DNA of 64,000 nt from an uncultured Acidobacteriota bacterium (lineage in GTDB: Bacteria; Acidobacteriota; Vicinamibacteria; Vicinamibacterales; CAVVIG01): the NCBI GenBank assembly GCA_963792785.1, contig CAWBXO010000004.1:578278-642277 (forward strand). The letters run 5' to 3'. The translations under genes were made by a program, and so were the position numbers. Shown one piece after another: positions 1 through 8,376 of the stretch (position 1 is its first letter; every line of letters begins with the position of its first letter). The notes below the pieces were generated by a model. The model saw only the letters and a list, made by a program, of their open reading frames with translations, had not been told where the DNA came from and made no database searches.

Positions 1-506
1 GCCCATCGCCGCTCGACCTCACGACCAGCCTGTCGCTGCCGCCCGGCGACTACCTGATGAAGATCGCCGTCGTCGAGGGCGAGCGCACGGGATCGGTCGA
101 GCGTCCGCTGCACGTCGGCTTCCCGCGCATCGGGGTCGCCGAGCTGAGCGGGCTCATCGCGGGCGGCGCCGCCGGGCCGGCCCCCGGCGCCCGTCCCGCG
201 GTCGGCTCGACCGTCGCGTCCGGCTACGTGCAGGGCTACCTCGAGGCGTACGGCCTCGGGGTGGAATCGCTGCGCGCCGTGTTCACGGTCCGGCCCGCGG
301 ACGCCGCCGGCGTCGCGGGCGGCGATCCGGTGGCGGGTCCGATCGAGATCCCGCGGCAGGACGTCGAGGCGCGCAAGGCCGTGTTCTCCGGCGTCCTCGA
401 TGTCCACGCGCTGCGCCCGGGCCAGTACGTGCTTCAGGCCGCCGTGACGCTCGGATCGCAGACGTCGTCGAGTCGCAAGGGTTCGAGATCCCGGAGGACG
501 CGATGA
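1..506 (+). CDS. VWFA-related (TIGR03436-like) protein, C-terminal fragment; the gene starts upstream of the window
   Basis: The frame is open from nt 3. PSPLDLTTSLSLPPGDYLMKIAVVEGERTGSVERPLHVGF parallels PSPLELTSTLALDPGDYMLKLAVVDGERVGSVERPIHVGF at the C-terminus of the next gene. Confidence 0.6.
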   Translation, partial: PSPLDLTTSLSLPPGDYLMKIAVVEGERTGSVERPLHVGFPRIGVAELSGLIAGGAAGPAPGARPAVGSTVASGYVQGYLEAYGLGVESLRAVFTVRPADAAGVAGGDPVAGPIEIPRQDVEARKAVFSGVLDVHALRPGQYVLQAAVTLGSQTSSSRKGSRSRRTR

Positions 507-524
507 CGCGCGCGGCTGCTGCCC

Positions 525-2355
525 TTGCCATCCGTCATGGCCGCCGCGGGCGCGATCGCCGCCGCGCAGGGCCAGCCGCCGCGGTTCCGGTCGGGCGTGC
601 AGGTCACGCTGCTCGACATGACGGTGCTCGACGGCAACGGCCAGCCGGTCACCGGCTTGCGGCCCACCGATTTCACGATGTCGGTGGACGGCGCCGACCG
701 CCGCGTCGTGAGCGCCGAGTGGATTCCCCTCGCCGCCGCGCGGCCGCCGGCCCGGACGCGGCCCGCCGGCGCCTCCCGCCGCGTACGTCTCGAACGACGC
801 CGGGCACGGCGGCCGGTTGATCGTGATCTACATCGAGGACGCGAGTATGCCGTTCGGGCAGGGCGCCTTCCTGCGCCCCACCGTGGAGGCCTTCATCGAC
901 GGCTGGAGCCGTCGGATCGCGTGGCCCTCACGCATACGTGTCCCGGCGCGAAGCTCGTGCCGTTCACGACGGATCGCGCGGCGATCAAGAACGGCCTCAT
1001 GTCGATGGTCGGCGATCGGCGCCGTCGCTGTGCCCGAGGACCCGTGGACGGGAAAGTTCGGCGCCTGATCAGCCGACCTCCGCACGATCGCCGAGCCCAA
1101 GACAGTGGTCCTGGTGTCGGGCGGCCTGTCGCGCGGCTCGTAGACCGTGGAGCCCGACCGGACTCGACGCCGCCGAAGTCGAATGGCCTCGCCGCGCTGA
1201 CGCGCACGGAGGTGTACCGCCACTCTCTGCTCGATCGGCGCCAGCCGGAAGCGGCGAGACCGACACGACCGTTTCAGCCTGTGCGATCGAGCCCGGATAC
1301 CCGACAAGCAGCGGAGCCGTGGATTTCCGCCGCGGACATCAGTGGATCGCCAGCTTGAACGGCCGCGACGGCCTGTCGTTTCTGTCCAAGGCACCGGTGG
1401 CGCGGTATACACCGTCGCGGTCACGCCGGACGTCCAGGTCGCGAAGCATCGAAGCGGCGATCTCCGGCTACTACCTGGTCGGCGTCGAGTCGGATCCGCG
1501 GCGATCGCCGAGAGAGCGGGCCGCGACCTCTGTCGGTCTCGGTCGCGTCGCGACGGCGTCACGGTGCGGCGCGGCAACTGGCTGCCGCTGACGAACGACG
1601 CGCCCGAGCCGCGCGCGACGGCCGAAGCCGGACTAAAGGCCGCGTTCGGCTACGTTCGCGACGATGGCCGAGGTGCCGCTGCGCGTGGCGACATTCGCGA
1701 TGCGCCAGGCCGACGAGCCGCGAAAGCCTTCGTGCTGCTGCACGCCGAGGTCGGCGACGGCCATCGCGAGCCCGCGCCGATCACCATGGGCTACATCGTG
1801 ACCAAGCCCGACGGCACGGTCGCCGCGACGAAGTCGGGCACGTCGACGCTCGCGCCGATGGCGCGCGGCACGCCCTCGCCGCTCGAACTGACCAGCACGC
1901 TGGCGTTGGATCCGGGCGACTACATGCTCAAGCTCGCCGTCGTCGACGGCGAGCGGGTGGGATCGGTCGAACGGCCGATCCATGTCGGCTTCGCGTCCGC
2001 TGGATCGTTCACGACGAGCGACCTGTTCGTGGGCGCCTCGCCCACGGCGGCGCCCGCCGCGCGGCCGCCGGTGGCCTCGGTCGTGCGCACCGGCTTCGTG
2101 CAGGGCTTCTTCGAGGCGTACGGCGACGGCGCCGCGGCGCTGCGCGCGCGCTTCGACGTGCTGCCGCGAGACGGCGACACGCCAGCCGCCACGGCCGAGA
2201 TCGCCGGACAGGCTGCCGGCGGGAAGGCCGTGTTTTCCGGCACCGTGGATATTGCGCGCCTGCGCCCCGGCCCCTACGTGCTTCGGGCGACACTCCTCGG
2301 ACCCTCGGGCCCGTTACAAACGCTGACGACCGGCTTCGACCGCCCCGCCCGCTGA
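525..2355 (+). pseudogene. VWFA-related acidobacterial-type protein, paralog of the upstream gene, disrupted by several frameshifts and an in-frame TAG
   Basis: Recognisable pieces lie in different frames: FRSGVQVTLLDMTVLDGNGQPVTGLRPTDF (frame of 525), AYVSNDAGHGGRLIVIYIEDASMPFGQG (frame of 817), DLRTIAEPKTVVLVSGGLSRGS then TAG at 1141, and ISGYYLVGVESDP. Reading is continuous only from ~1720 to 2355. Confidence 0.6.
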
Positions 2356-2358
2356 CCC

Positions 2359-2433
2359 ATCACCATCACCAAATTACCAAATTACCAAATTACCAAATCA
2401 CCAGATCACCAAATCCCCCCCCCTCCCCCTCCC
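2359..2433. repeat. Octamer tandem array (CACCAAAT/TACCAAAT, 6 units, 2367-2414), followed by a C-rich tract (C9 T C5 T C3)
   Basis: Read directly from the sequence. It starts 4 nt after the VWFA stop (2353-2355) and lies ~50 nt upstream of the NHL gene start (GTG 2486; RBS AAGGGGAGG). Confidence 0.9.
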
Positions 2434-2485
2434 GCTATATACTCTCCGCACGTTCGTCCGTCACTCACGCAAGGGGAGGCAGCAA

Positions 2486-3580
2486 GTGAAACGCATCGTT
2501 ATTGCACTCGTGGTAGTCGTAGGCGGCGTCGGCCTGTACGCCCAGGGCCGCGGCGGCCGTGGACTCAGCCCGGAGCGCCAGGCGGCCATGCAGCGGCAGG
2601 CCGATCTCGAGAAGGCCGCACCGGACATTCCATTCGACGTCGTCCCGCTCAACCTGAAGACCCCGGACGACCGGATGATCGGCGAGACCGAGGGCGTGGC
2701 CATCAGCCCGGCGGGTCACATCTTCGTGTACACGCGCACCGGCACCTGGGGCGGCCCGGCCCGCGGCGCGATCGCGTCGCGCGTGTATGAGTTCAACAAG
2801 GACGGCAGCTGGGTCAAGGAGTGGGGCCAGGGCAACTACGGCTTCTCCTTCGCGCACGACATCAAGTTCGACAAGTACGGCAACCTGTGGGCCGTCGACG
2901 AAGGGTCGAACATGGTCATGAAGTTCAACGCGCAGGGCCAGGTCACGATGGTGCTCGGGCGCAAGGCCGAGGCGATCGATTACCTCGAGCGCTTCCTCGA
3001 GGAAGGCAACCATCCGCCGGAGGACGCGCCGCCACCGGTGGGCGGGCCCAACAGCTTCAACCGCCCGACCGACGTCACGTGGGACAACAACGACAACATC
3101 TTCGTGTCCGACGGCTACGGCAACTCGCGCGTGGCGAAGTTCAACAAAGACGGCGACTGGGTGAAGGCCGTCGGCACGCGCGGCAGCGGTCCGGACCAGT
3201 TCAACACGCCGCACACGATCGCCTCCGACGCGCAGGGGAACATCTACGTCGGCGACCGCGGCAACAACCGCATCCAGGTCTACGACCCCGACCTCAAGTT
3301 CCTGCGCTCGATCGACAACGTGCGGGCGCCGTGGGCGATCTGCATCACGCCGGGCCCGGGCACGCAGTACATCTACAGCGCCGACGCCGGCGGCATGATC
3401 TACAAGGACACGCTGGACGGGAAGCTGCTGGGCAAGTTCGGCACGATCGGCAAGCGCCCCGGGCAGTTCTACTGGGTCCACGCGATGGCGTGCCCGTCGG
3501 AGAACGAGATCTACACGGGTGAAGCCCAGAACTGGCGCGTCCAGCACCTGATGCTGCACCCGCCGGCGAACGCGAGGTAA
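2486..3580 (+). CDS. Secreted NHL-repeat six-bladed beta-propeller protein (peptidylglycine amidating-lyase-like)
   Basis: Intact 364-aa ORF with an N-terminal signal-like hydrophobic segment. Repeated NHL-like motifs are present (PTDVTWDNNDNIFVSDGYGNSRVAKFNKDG, PHTIASDAQGNIYVGDRGNNRIQVYD). Confidence 0.8.
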   Translation: MKRIVIALVVVVGGVGLYAQGRGGRGLSPERQAAMQRQADLEKAAPDIPFDVVPLNLKTPDDRMIGETEGVAISPAGHIFVYTRTGTWGGPARGAIASRVYEFNKDGSWVKEWGQGNYGFSFAHDIKFDKYGNLWAVDEGSNMVMKFNAQGQVTMVLGRKAEAIDYLERFLEEGNHPPEDAPPPVGGPNSFNRPTDVTWDNNDNIFVSDGYGNSRVAKFNKDGDWVKAVGTRGSGPDQFNTPHTIASDAQGNIYVGDRGNNRIQVYDPDLKFLRSIDNVRAPWAICITPGPGTQYIYSADAGGMIYKDTLDGKLLGKFGTIGKRPGQFYWVHAMACPSENEIYTGEAQNWRVQHLMLHPPANAR

Positions 3581-3590
3581 GAAGGAATCT

Positions 3591-3745
3591 GTAGCCGTTA
3601 GCTGTTAGCTGTTAGCTGTTAGCTGTTAGCTGTTAGCTGTTAGCTGTTAGCTGTTAGCTGTTAGCAATTCGCTAATGGCTAACGGCTAATGGCTAATGGC
3701 TATCGGCTATCGGCTATCGGCTATCGGCTATCGGCTAGCGGCTAC
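3591..3745. repeat. Long imperfect palindrome built from heptamer arrays: (GTTAGCT)x~10, then (GCTAATG/GCTAACG)x4, (GCTATCG)x5 and GCTAGCG
   Basis: Read directly. The outer ends gtagccgttagc and gctagcggctac are complementary. It sits between convergent genes, and its right end contains the TAG stop (3742-3744, minus strand). Confidence 0.9.
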
Positions 3746-4116
3746 TTCTTCGCACTCATCCGCCACGCCATCAGCCCGGCGAAGACGGCGATGCCCGCCA
3801 GCAGCTGGCGTTCGGTCGTTGGATCGAGGGGACTCTCGAAGTCCCGCACGTCGAGCCGGAACTTCGTCCAGGCGGACGAGTCGTACGTGTCCCAGTAATA
3901 CGTCAGCTGAGAATCGTGTGTCTCGACGGCGAAGCCGTCGTCTCCCATGCCCATCGGCAGTTCGGGCGGCATCCGGGGCAGATGCTGCTGCGGATCCACC
4001 AGCCACGCCGCCGCCTTCAGACCAAGGCTTTTCCCCTCGGCGGGCGGCCACGCGAGCACGACCAGAACGGCCGCGACCCAGATGACCCACCAGGCGCCGC
4101 GGCTCGGCTGCCACAT
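3742..4116 (-). CDS. Hypothetical small membrane protein
   Basis: 124-aa ORF with hydrophobic N- and C-terminal segments (WWVIWVAAVLVVLAW; LLAGIAVFAGLMAW) and non-shadow-like composition. I recognise no family. Confidence 0.5.
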   Translation of the reverse strand: MWQPSRGAWWVIWVAAVLVVLAWPPAEGKSLGLKAAAWLVDPQQHLPRMPPELPMGMGDDGFAVETHDSQLTYYWDTYDSSAWTKFRLDVRDFESPLDPTTERQLLAGIAVFAGLMAWRMSAKK

Positions 4117-4130
4117 GGGGGAATTATACG

Positions 4131-4167
4131 TTCCTCAGCTCCCCAGTTCCTCAGCTCCTCAGCTCCG
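4131..4167. repeat. Octamer array of the CTCCTCAG family (TTCCTCAG CTCCCCAG TTCCTCAG CTCCTCAG CTCCG)
   Basis: Read directly. Unit 4155-4162 contains the stop codon (TCA complement, 4159-4161) of the HD-domain gene. Confidence 0.9.
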
Positions 4168-4749
4168 TATGATCCCCGCCTCGCAGAAGCCATCGATGAT
4201 CCCCACGACCGTCGGCCACACCTCGGGCATCGCCGACTCGATCGGCCGCATGCGCTCGATCACCTGCCCCCGCGTCAACGCGTGGGTCTTCCAGCTGCCG
4301 CCGTCGGCGTGCGCATTGATCAGGAACGGCTGAAAGCGGTCCATGGCGTTCGCGAATCGCGCGGCGGCGGTCTCCCGCGCCTCGAACTCGTCCCACAACT
4401 CGCGAAACCGCACCGCCTGGTCGGGTGGGAGTAGACCGAACAGCCGGTCGGCGGCGGCCTGCTCGCGGTCCGCCTTCGTCTTCTGCCCCTCCAGGTCGTA
4501 GGCGAACGTGTCGCCCGCGTCGATCTCGACCAGGTCGTGGACGACCAGCAACTCGAACGCGCGCCACAGATCGAAGTGGTCGGCGGCGTGCTCGCGCATC
4601 ACCATCGCGGCGAGCAGGAGGTGCCAGGAATGCTCGGCGGAGTTCTCGAACCGGGAGCCGTTCACGAGCGGCGTGCGCCGCAGGACGGTTTTCAGCTTGT
4701 CGGCTTCGACGAGAAAGGCAATCTGGCGGGTGAGGCGATCGTCAGGCAC
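4159..4749 (-). CDS. HD-domain phosphohydrolase (YfbR-like 5'-deoxynucleotidase family)
   Basis: Intact 196-aa ORF with HD-superfamily motifs: NSAEHSWHLLL ... LVVHDLVEIDAGDTF. Confidence 0.75.
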   Translation of the reverse strand: MPDDRLTRQIAFLVEADKLKTVLRRTPLVNGSRFENSAEHSWHLLLAAMVMREHAADHFDLWRAFELLVVHDLVEIDAGDTFAYDLEGQKTKADREQAAADRLFGLLPPDQAVRFRELWDEFEARETAAARFANAMDRFQPFLINAHADGGSWKTHALTRGQVIERMRPIESAMPEVWPTVVGIIDGFCEAGIIRS

Positions 4750-4781
4750 GAAGAATTATAGGCCGCGGCCCACGGCGGACC

Positions 4782-4904
4782 TCAGTCGTCGTCCTTGTCG
4801 CGACGGCTCCAGCGGCGTTTCCATTCACGCTGGCGCCACCACCTCGAGGTGAGGTCGTAGACGAACACGCCGACGATCAGAACGGCGATGAACGCGATGG
4901 CCAA
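4782..4904 (-). CDS. Possible 40-aa single-pass membrane peptide (TTG start)
   Basis: My own minus-strand translation: (M)AIAFIAVLIVGVFVYDLTSRWWRQREWKRRWSRRDKDDD, stop at 4782-4784. It is below the ORF-track cutoff, and hydrophobic helix plus basic tail is the only support. Confidence 0.25.
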   Translation of the reverse strand: MAIAFIAVLIVGVFVYDLTSRWWRQREWKRRWSRRDKDDD

Positions 4905-4948
4905 CTTTGGGAACTTTATATGACTCTAAAAGTCACAGTCAACCACGA

Positions 4949-6247
4949 TTAGGTTGTGACCGCTTCTCCTCGTGCAACGAGCACCGCTTCGCCGGCCGCC
5001 ACGAGCGCCGCCAGGGCGAGCCCCTCGGCGGCCTGTTCCACCTCGGCGAGCGTGGGATACGACGGGGCGACCCGGATGTTCCGGTCCTCGGGGTCCCGGC
5101 CGTACGGGAACGTCGATCCGGCGGGCACGACGACGATGCCGGCCTCCTTGGCGAGGGCGATGGTCCGGCGGGCGCAGCCCTTCATGACGTCGAGGCTCAC
5201 GAAGTAGCCGCCTTCCGGACTCGTCCATTCGGCCACGCCGCTGCCACCGAGCCGCTCCGCGAAGATGCGCTGCACGGCCTGGAACTTCGGCGCGAGGCTC
5301 GCCGCGTGCTTCTGCATGTGGGCGGCGAGGCCGGCCGCGTCCTTGAGCAGGCGCACGTGGCGGAGCTGGTTGACCTTGTCGGGCCCGATCGTGGCGCGCT
5401 CCAGGTGCCCGAGCATCCACTTCACGTTGGCCGCCGATGCGGCGAAGAACGAGACGCCGGCCCCCGCGAACGTAATCTTCGACGTGGACGCGAACACGAA
5501 CGGCCGGTCCGCGTGGCCGTGCGTTTCGGAGAGGGCGATGATGTTCGCGATCTCGCGTCCCTTCGGCGTGAGGTGGTGCACGCCGTACGCGTTGTCCCAG
5601 AACAGGCGGAAGTCGGGCGCGGCGGTCTTCATCCGCGCGAGCCGCTCGACGACTTCGTCCGAGTAGACCTCGCCCGTGGGATTGCTGTATTTCGGCACGC
5701 ACCACATGCCCTTCACGGTGGCGTCGCCGCCGGCGAGCGCCTCGACCGTGTCCATGTCCGGGCCGCGGCCCGTGAGCGGCACGGCCACCATGCGGATCCC
5801 GTGGCCCTCGCAGATCGAGAAATGGCGGTCGTACCCGGGCACCGGGCACAGGAACGTGACGGCCCCGTGCTCTGCCCACGGGTGGCCGCCGGGCACGCCG
5901 TGCCGCAGCGCGATCGCCACGGCGTCGTGCATGAGCGTGAGCGACGCGTTGTTGCCGGCGATGACCTGCGCGACCGGCGCGCCGAGCATCGGCGCGAAGA
6001 GCGCCCGCATCTCGGGCAGCCCCTGCACGCCGCCGTAGTTGCGGCAGTCGGTGCCGTCGGTGGCCCGGTAGTCGCCCTCACCGGGCAGCGAGAGGAGCGC
6101 GTTCGACAAATCGAGCTGCGCGTCCGAGGGCTTGCCGCGGCCGAGGTTGAGCGCCACGCCGCGTGCGCGAAACGCCGAATAGTCCTTCTGCGCGCGGTCG
6201 TACGCCGCGCGCACCTCGTCAGTCTTACCGGTGCGAAAATCCGTCAC
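4949..6247 (-). CDS. PLP-dependent aminotransferase, class I/II fold (AspT-type aspartate aminotransferase-like)
   Basis: Intact 432-aa ORF with a GTG start. STSKITFAGAGVSF carries the probable PLP lysine, and the fold-type I layout is conserved. Confidence 0.75.
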   Translation of the reverse strand: MTDFRTGKTDEVRAAYDRAQKDYSAFRARGVALNLGRGKPSDAQLDLSNALLSLPGEGDYRATDGTDCRNYGGVQGLPEMRALFAPMLGAPVAQVIAGNNASLTLMHDAVAIALRHGVPGGHPWAEHGAVTFLCPVPGYDRHFSICEGHGIRMVAVPLTGRGPDMDTVEALAGGDATVKGMWCVPKYSNPTGEVYSDEVVERLARMKTAAPDFRLFWDNAYGVHHLTPKGREIANIIALSETHGHADRPFVFASTSKITFAGAGVSFFAASAANVKWMLGHLERATIGPDKVNQLRHVRLLKDAAGLAAHMQKHAASLAPKFQAVQRIFAERLGGSGVAEWTSPEGGYFVSLDVMKGCARRTIALAKEAGIVVVPAGSTFPYGRDPEDRNIRVAPSYPTLAEVEQAAEGLALAALVAAGEAVLVARGEAVTT

Positions 6248-6251
6248 GATT

Positions 6252-6292
6252 CACCACCACCCAGCACCCAGCACCCAGCACCTAGCACCCTA
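6252..6292. repeat. Heptamer array CCAGCAC x3 plus CTAGCAC, preceded by CAC triplets
   Basis: Read directly. It fills the gap between the aminotransferase start (6247) and the VOC-gene stop (6290-6292). It is the reverse complement of the GTGCTGG family at 51551-51590. Confidence 0.9.
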
Positions 6293-7354
6293 CTTACATA
6301 TCTCGCCGAGGAACCCGCCGCCGCCGCAGTACGTCACGTCCTGGAGCTGCATCAGCAGGCCGTCCGGGTCCGTGAAATACAGCTCGGGGGTGCCGCCGTC
6401 GGCGCCGCCGCGATTCGGCATGCGCAGACTGATGTATTTCTGCATCGGCCCGACAGGCCCGCGGCCGTCGGCGCGATCCTTGATGCCGAAGCGCTCGAGG
6501 TTCGCCATCACCTCGTCCGGCTTGAAGCCCACCATGTTCATGCAGGCGTGGTTGATGCTGGCCGGCCGCGGCGCCCCGCCGCCCCGCGCGGCCCCCGCGC
6601 CGCCGGTGAACATCAGGAACGCCACGCCGTTGCCCACACCGAGCGCCGGCGTCGCGGCCTGCATCGTCTGGATGTCGAGGCCGAACAGATCCTGGTAGAA
6701 CTTCGCCGACCGCTCACCATCCGAGACCGAAATGGTGAAGTGGCTCAGGTCGCGCAGCGCCATGAGCCCCTTCGACGGGGAGGGCTCGGGCGTGCCGCAG
6801 ACGTTGCCGAGCGTGCCGGCGCCGCCGCAGTACGTCGGATCCTGAAGCTGCACGACGATGCCGTCGGGGTCGCCGAAGTAAATCTCCGGCGTGCCGCCCG
6901 GCGCGCCGCCGTTCTCGGGCCCGCGCATCCGCACCCGCGCCTTCATCGGCGCGCTCGTGTCAGCGCGCTCGATGCCGTGATCGGCGAGCGTGCGCATCAC
7001 GCCGTCCACGCTGAAATTCTCGACGCTGACGCAGAAGTGGCCGATCCGCGGCGGGTTCGCGCCGGCGGCGCTGAGGGCGAGGAACTGCGGGCCGTCGCCC
7101 AGGCGGAGGACGATCGTGTCGCCCTGGCGCGCCGCGATCGGCAGGCCGAACAGACCCTGGTAGAACGCGAGGGAGCGCTTCACGTCCGACACGCTGAGCG
7201 TCATGTGGTTCAACGCGTGCGCGCGGAACTGGCTGCGGCCCTGCGCAAGCACCTTCGGCGCGAGCGCGAGCGCGGGGAGCGCGGCAAGCATGCCGCGACG
7301 CGAGATCCGACCGTCCTGGTAGCCCTGCATCAGCTTGTCGAGAGGAGCGTTCAT
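6290..7354 (-). CDS. Secreted tandem VOC-domain (glyoxalase / bleomycin-resistance / dioxygenase superfamily) protein
   Basis: Intact 354-aa ORF with a Tat-like N-terminus (RISRRGMLAALPALALA). Two internal repeats each end in TPE(I/L)YF(G/T)DPDG..(V/M)QLQD.TYCGG. Confidence 0.7.
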   Translation of the reverse strand: MNAPLDKLMQGYQDGRISRRGMLAALPALALAPKVLAQGRSQFRAHALNHMTLSVSDVKRSLAFYQGLFGLPIAARQGDTIVLRLGDGPQFLALSAAGANPPRIGHFCVSVENFSVDGVMRTLADHGIERADTSAPMKARVRMRGPENGGAPGGTPEIYFGDPDGIVVQLQDPTYCGGAGTLGNVCGTPEPSPSKGLMALRDLSHFTISVSDGERSAKFYQDLFGLDIQTMQAATPALGVGNGVAFLMFTGGAGAARGGGAPRPASINHACMNMVGFKPDEVMANLERFGIKDRADGRGPVGPMQKYISLRMPNRGGADGGTPELYFTDPDGLLMQLQDVTYCGGGGFLGEICK

Positions 7355-7413
7355 GGCCTCACAGTATAGCGCTGCGGAGCGCTCCGCTTCTTGCGTTAAG
7401 CTACGTATTCACG

Positions 7414-8376
7414 ATGCCCATCGCCCGCCGGACCGCGGCGACCGACGCTGGATGGACGCTGGTGCTGGCCGCCGCCCACGCCGCGGAGCGGATGGCGGAC
7501 GCCGGCCGTGCGGCCGCCTTCACCTTGGGCGATGACGACCAGTTACAGGTGGCCGCCGGCGGCGCGCCCGGCGCCGCCATCACGTGGCACCCTGACGCGG
7601 GCTGGAGGCCGGCCGTCTCCGCCGGCGATCCCTGTCGCCCGATCCTCGACCTCTACCTGCCGATTGCGAGCGCCACGCGGCGGCGGCCGATCACCGTGGC
7701 GCACCTCGGCCAAAGTCTCGACGGCTTCATCGCCACGCGCGCGGGCGAGTCGCAGTTCGTCACCGGCCAGGAGAACATCCTCCACCTGCACCGCCTCCGC
7801 GCCCTCTGCGGGGCCATCATCGTCGGCGCCGGCACGGTGGCGGCCGACGATCCCCAGCTGACGACGCGGCACGTGGACGGCCCCAACCCGCTGCGCGTGG
7901 TCTTCGACCCGGCGCGCCGGCTGGCCGACGGCTACCGCGTGTTCCAGGACGACGGCGTCGAGACGATCTACGCGTGCCGCCGGGCGCTCGTGCGGCCGGG
8001 CGAGACGCATCTCGGGCGCGCGGCGATCGTCCCGATCGACGATCGGTCGCCGGCGGCCGGCGCGCACGATCTGATGGCGCGGCTGCGCGCGCGCGGCTGC
8101 GCGCGCGTGTTCGTGGAGGGCGGCGGCGTGACCGTGTCGACGTTCCTCGAGGCCAACCTGCTCGATCGCCTGCACCTGGCGATCGCGCCGGTCCTCATCG
8201 GCGACGGCAAGCCCGCGATCCGCCTGACGCCGCGCGACTTCCTGCGCGACTGCCCCCGCCCGCGCTACCGCGTCTTCCGCATGGGCGGCGACGTCCTGTT
8301 CGACTGCGAGCTCGGCGCCATCGACCAGGGCGAACCCGACGACGGCGCCGACGACGGCATCAGCCGCATCATCTGA
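7414..8376 (+). CDS. RibD C-terminal-domain (dihydrofolate-reductase-like) reductase with an N-terminal ~95-aa extension
   Basis: Intact 320-aa ORF. ITVAHLGQSLDGFIATRAGESQFVTG...LHRLRALCGAIIVGAGTVAADDPQLT...VFVEGGGVTVSTFL is typical of the RibD_C fold. Confidence 0.7.
   Translation: MPIARRTAATDAGWTLVLAAAHAAERMADAGRAAAFTLGDDDQLQVAAGGAPGAAITWHPDAGWRPAVSAGDPCRPILDLYLPIASATRRRPITVAHLGQSLDGFIATRAGESQFVTGQENILHLHRLRALCGAIIVGAGTVAADDPQLTTRHVDGPNPLRVVFDPARRLADGYRVFQDDGVETIYACRRALVRPGETHLGRAAIVPIDDRSPAAGAHDLMARLRARGCARVFVEGGGVTVSTFLEANLLDRLHLAIAPVLIGDGKPAIRLTPRDFLRDCPRPRYRVFRMGGDVLFDCELGAIDQGEPDDGADDGISRII

Noticed and set aside
3591-3745. CRISPR array (considered for this and the other tandem-repeat tracts).
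   Set aside because: The units are 7-9 bp and directly abutting, with no spacers. No cas genes are in the window.
4907-7369. 820-aa plus-strand ORF spanning the aminotransferase and VOC genes. Similar giant ORFs are 25110..27833, 61226..63853, 43063..44499, 45098..47254, 58024..60303 and 60003..61490.
   Set aside because: Their Arg/Ala/Gly/Pro-rich, low-complexity translations have no recognisable motifs. They lie antisense to ORFs with clear family signatures. These are typical shadow ORFs of stop-poor GC-rich DNA.
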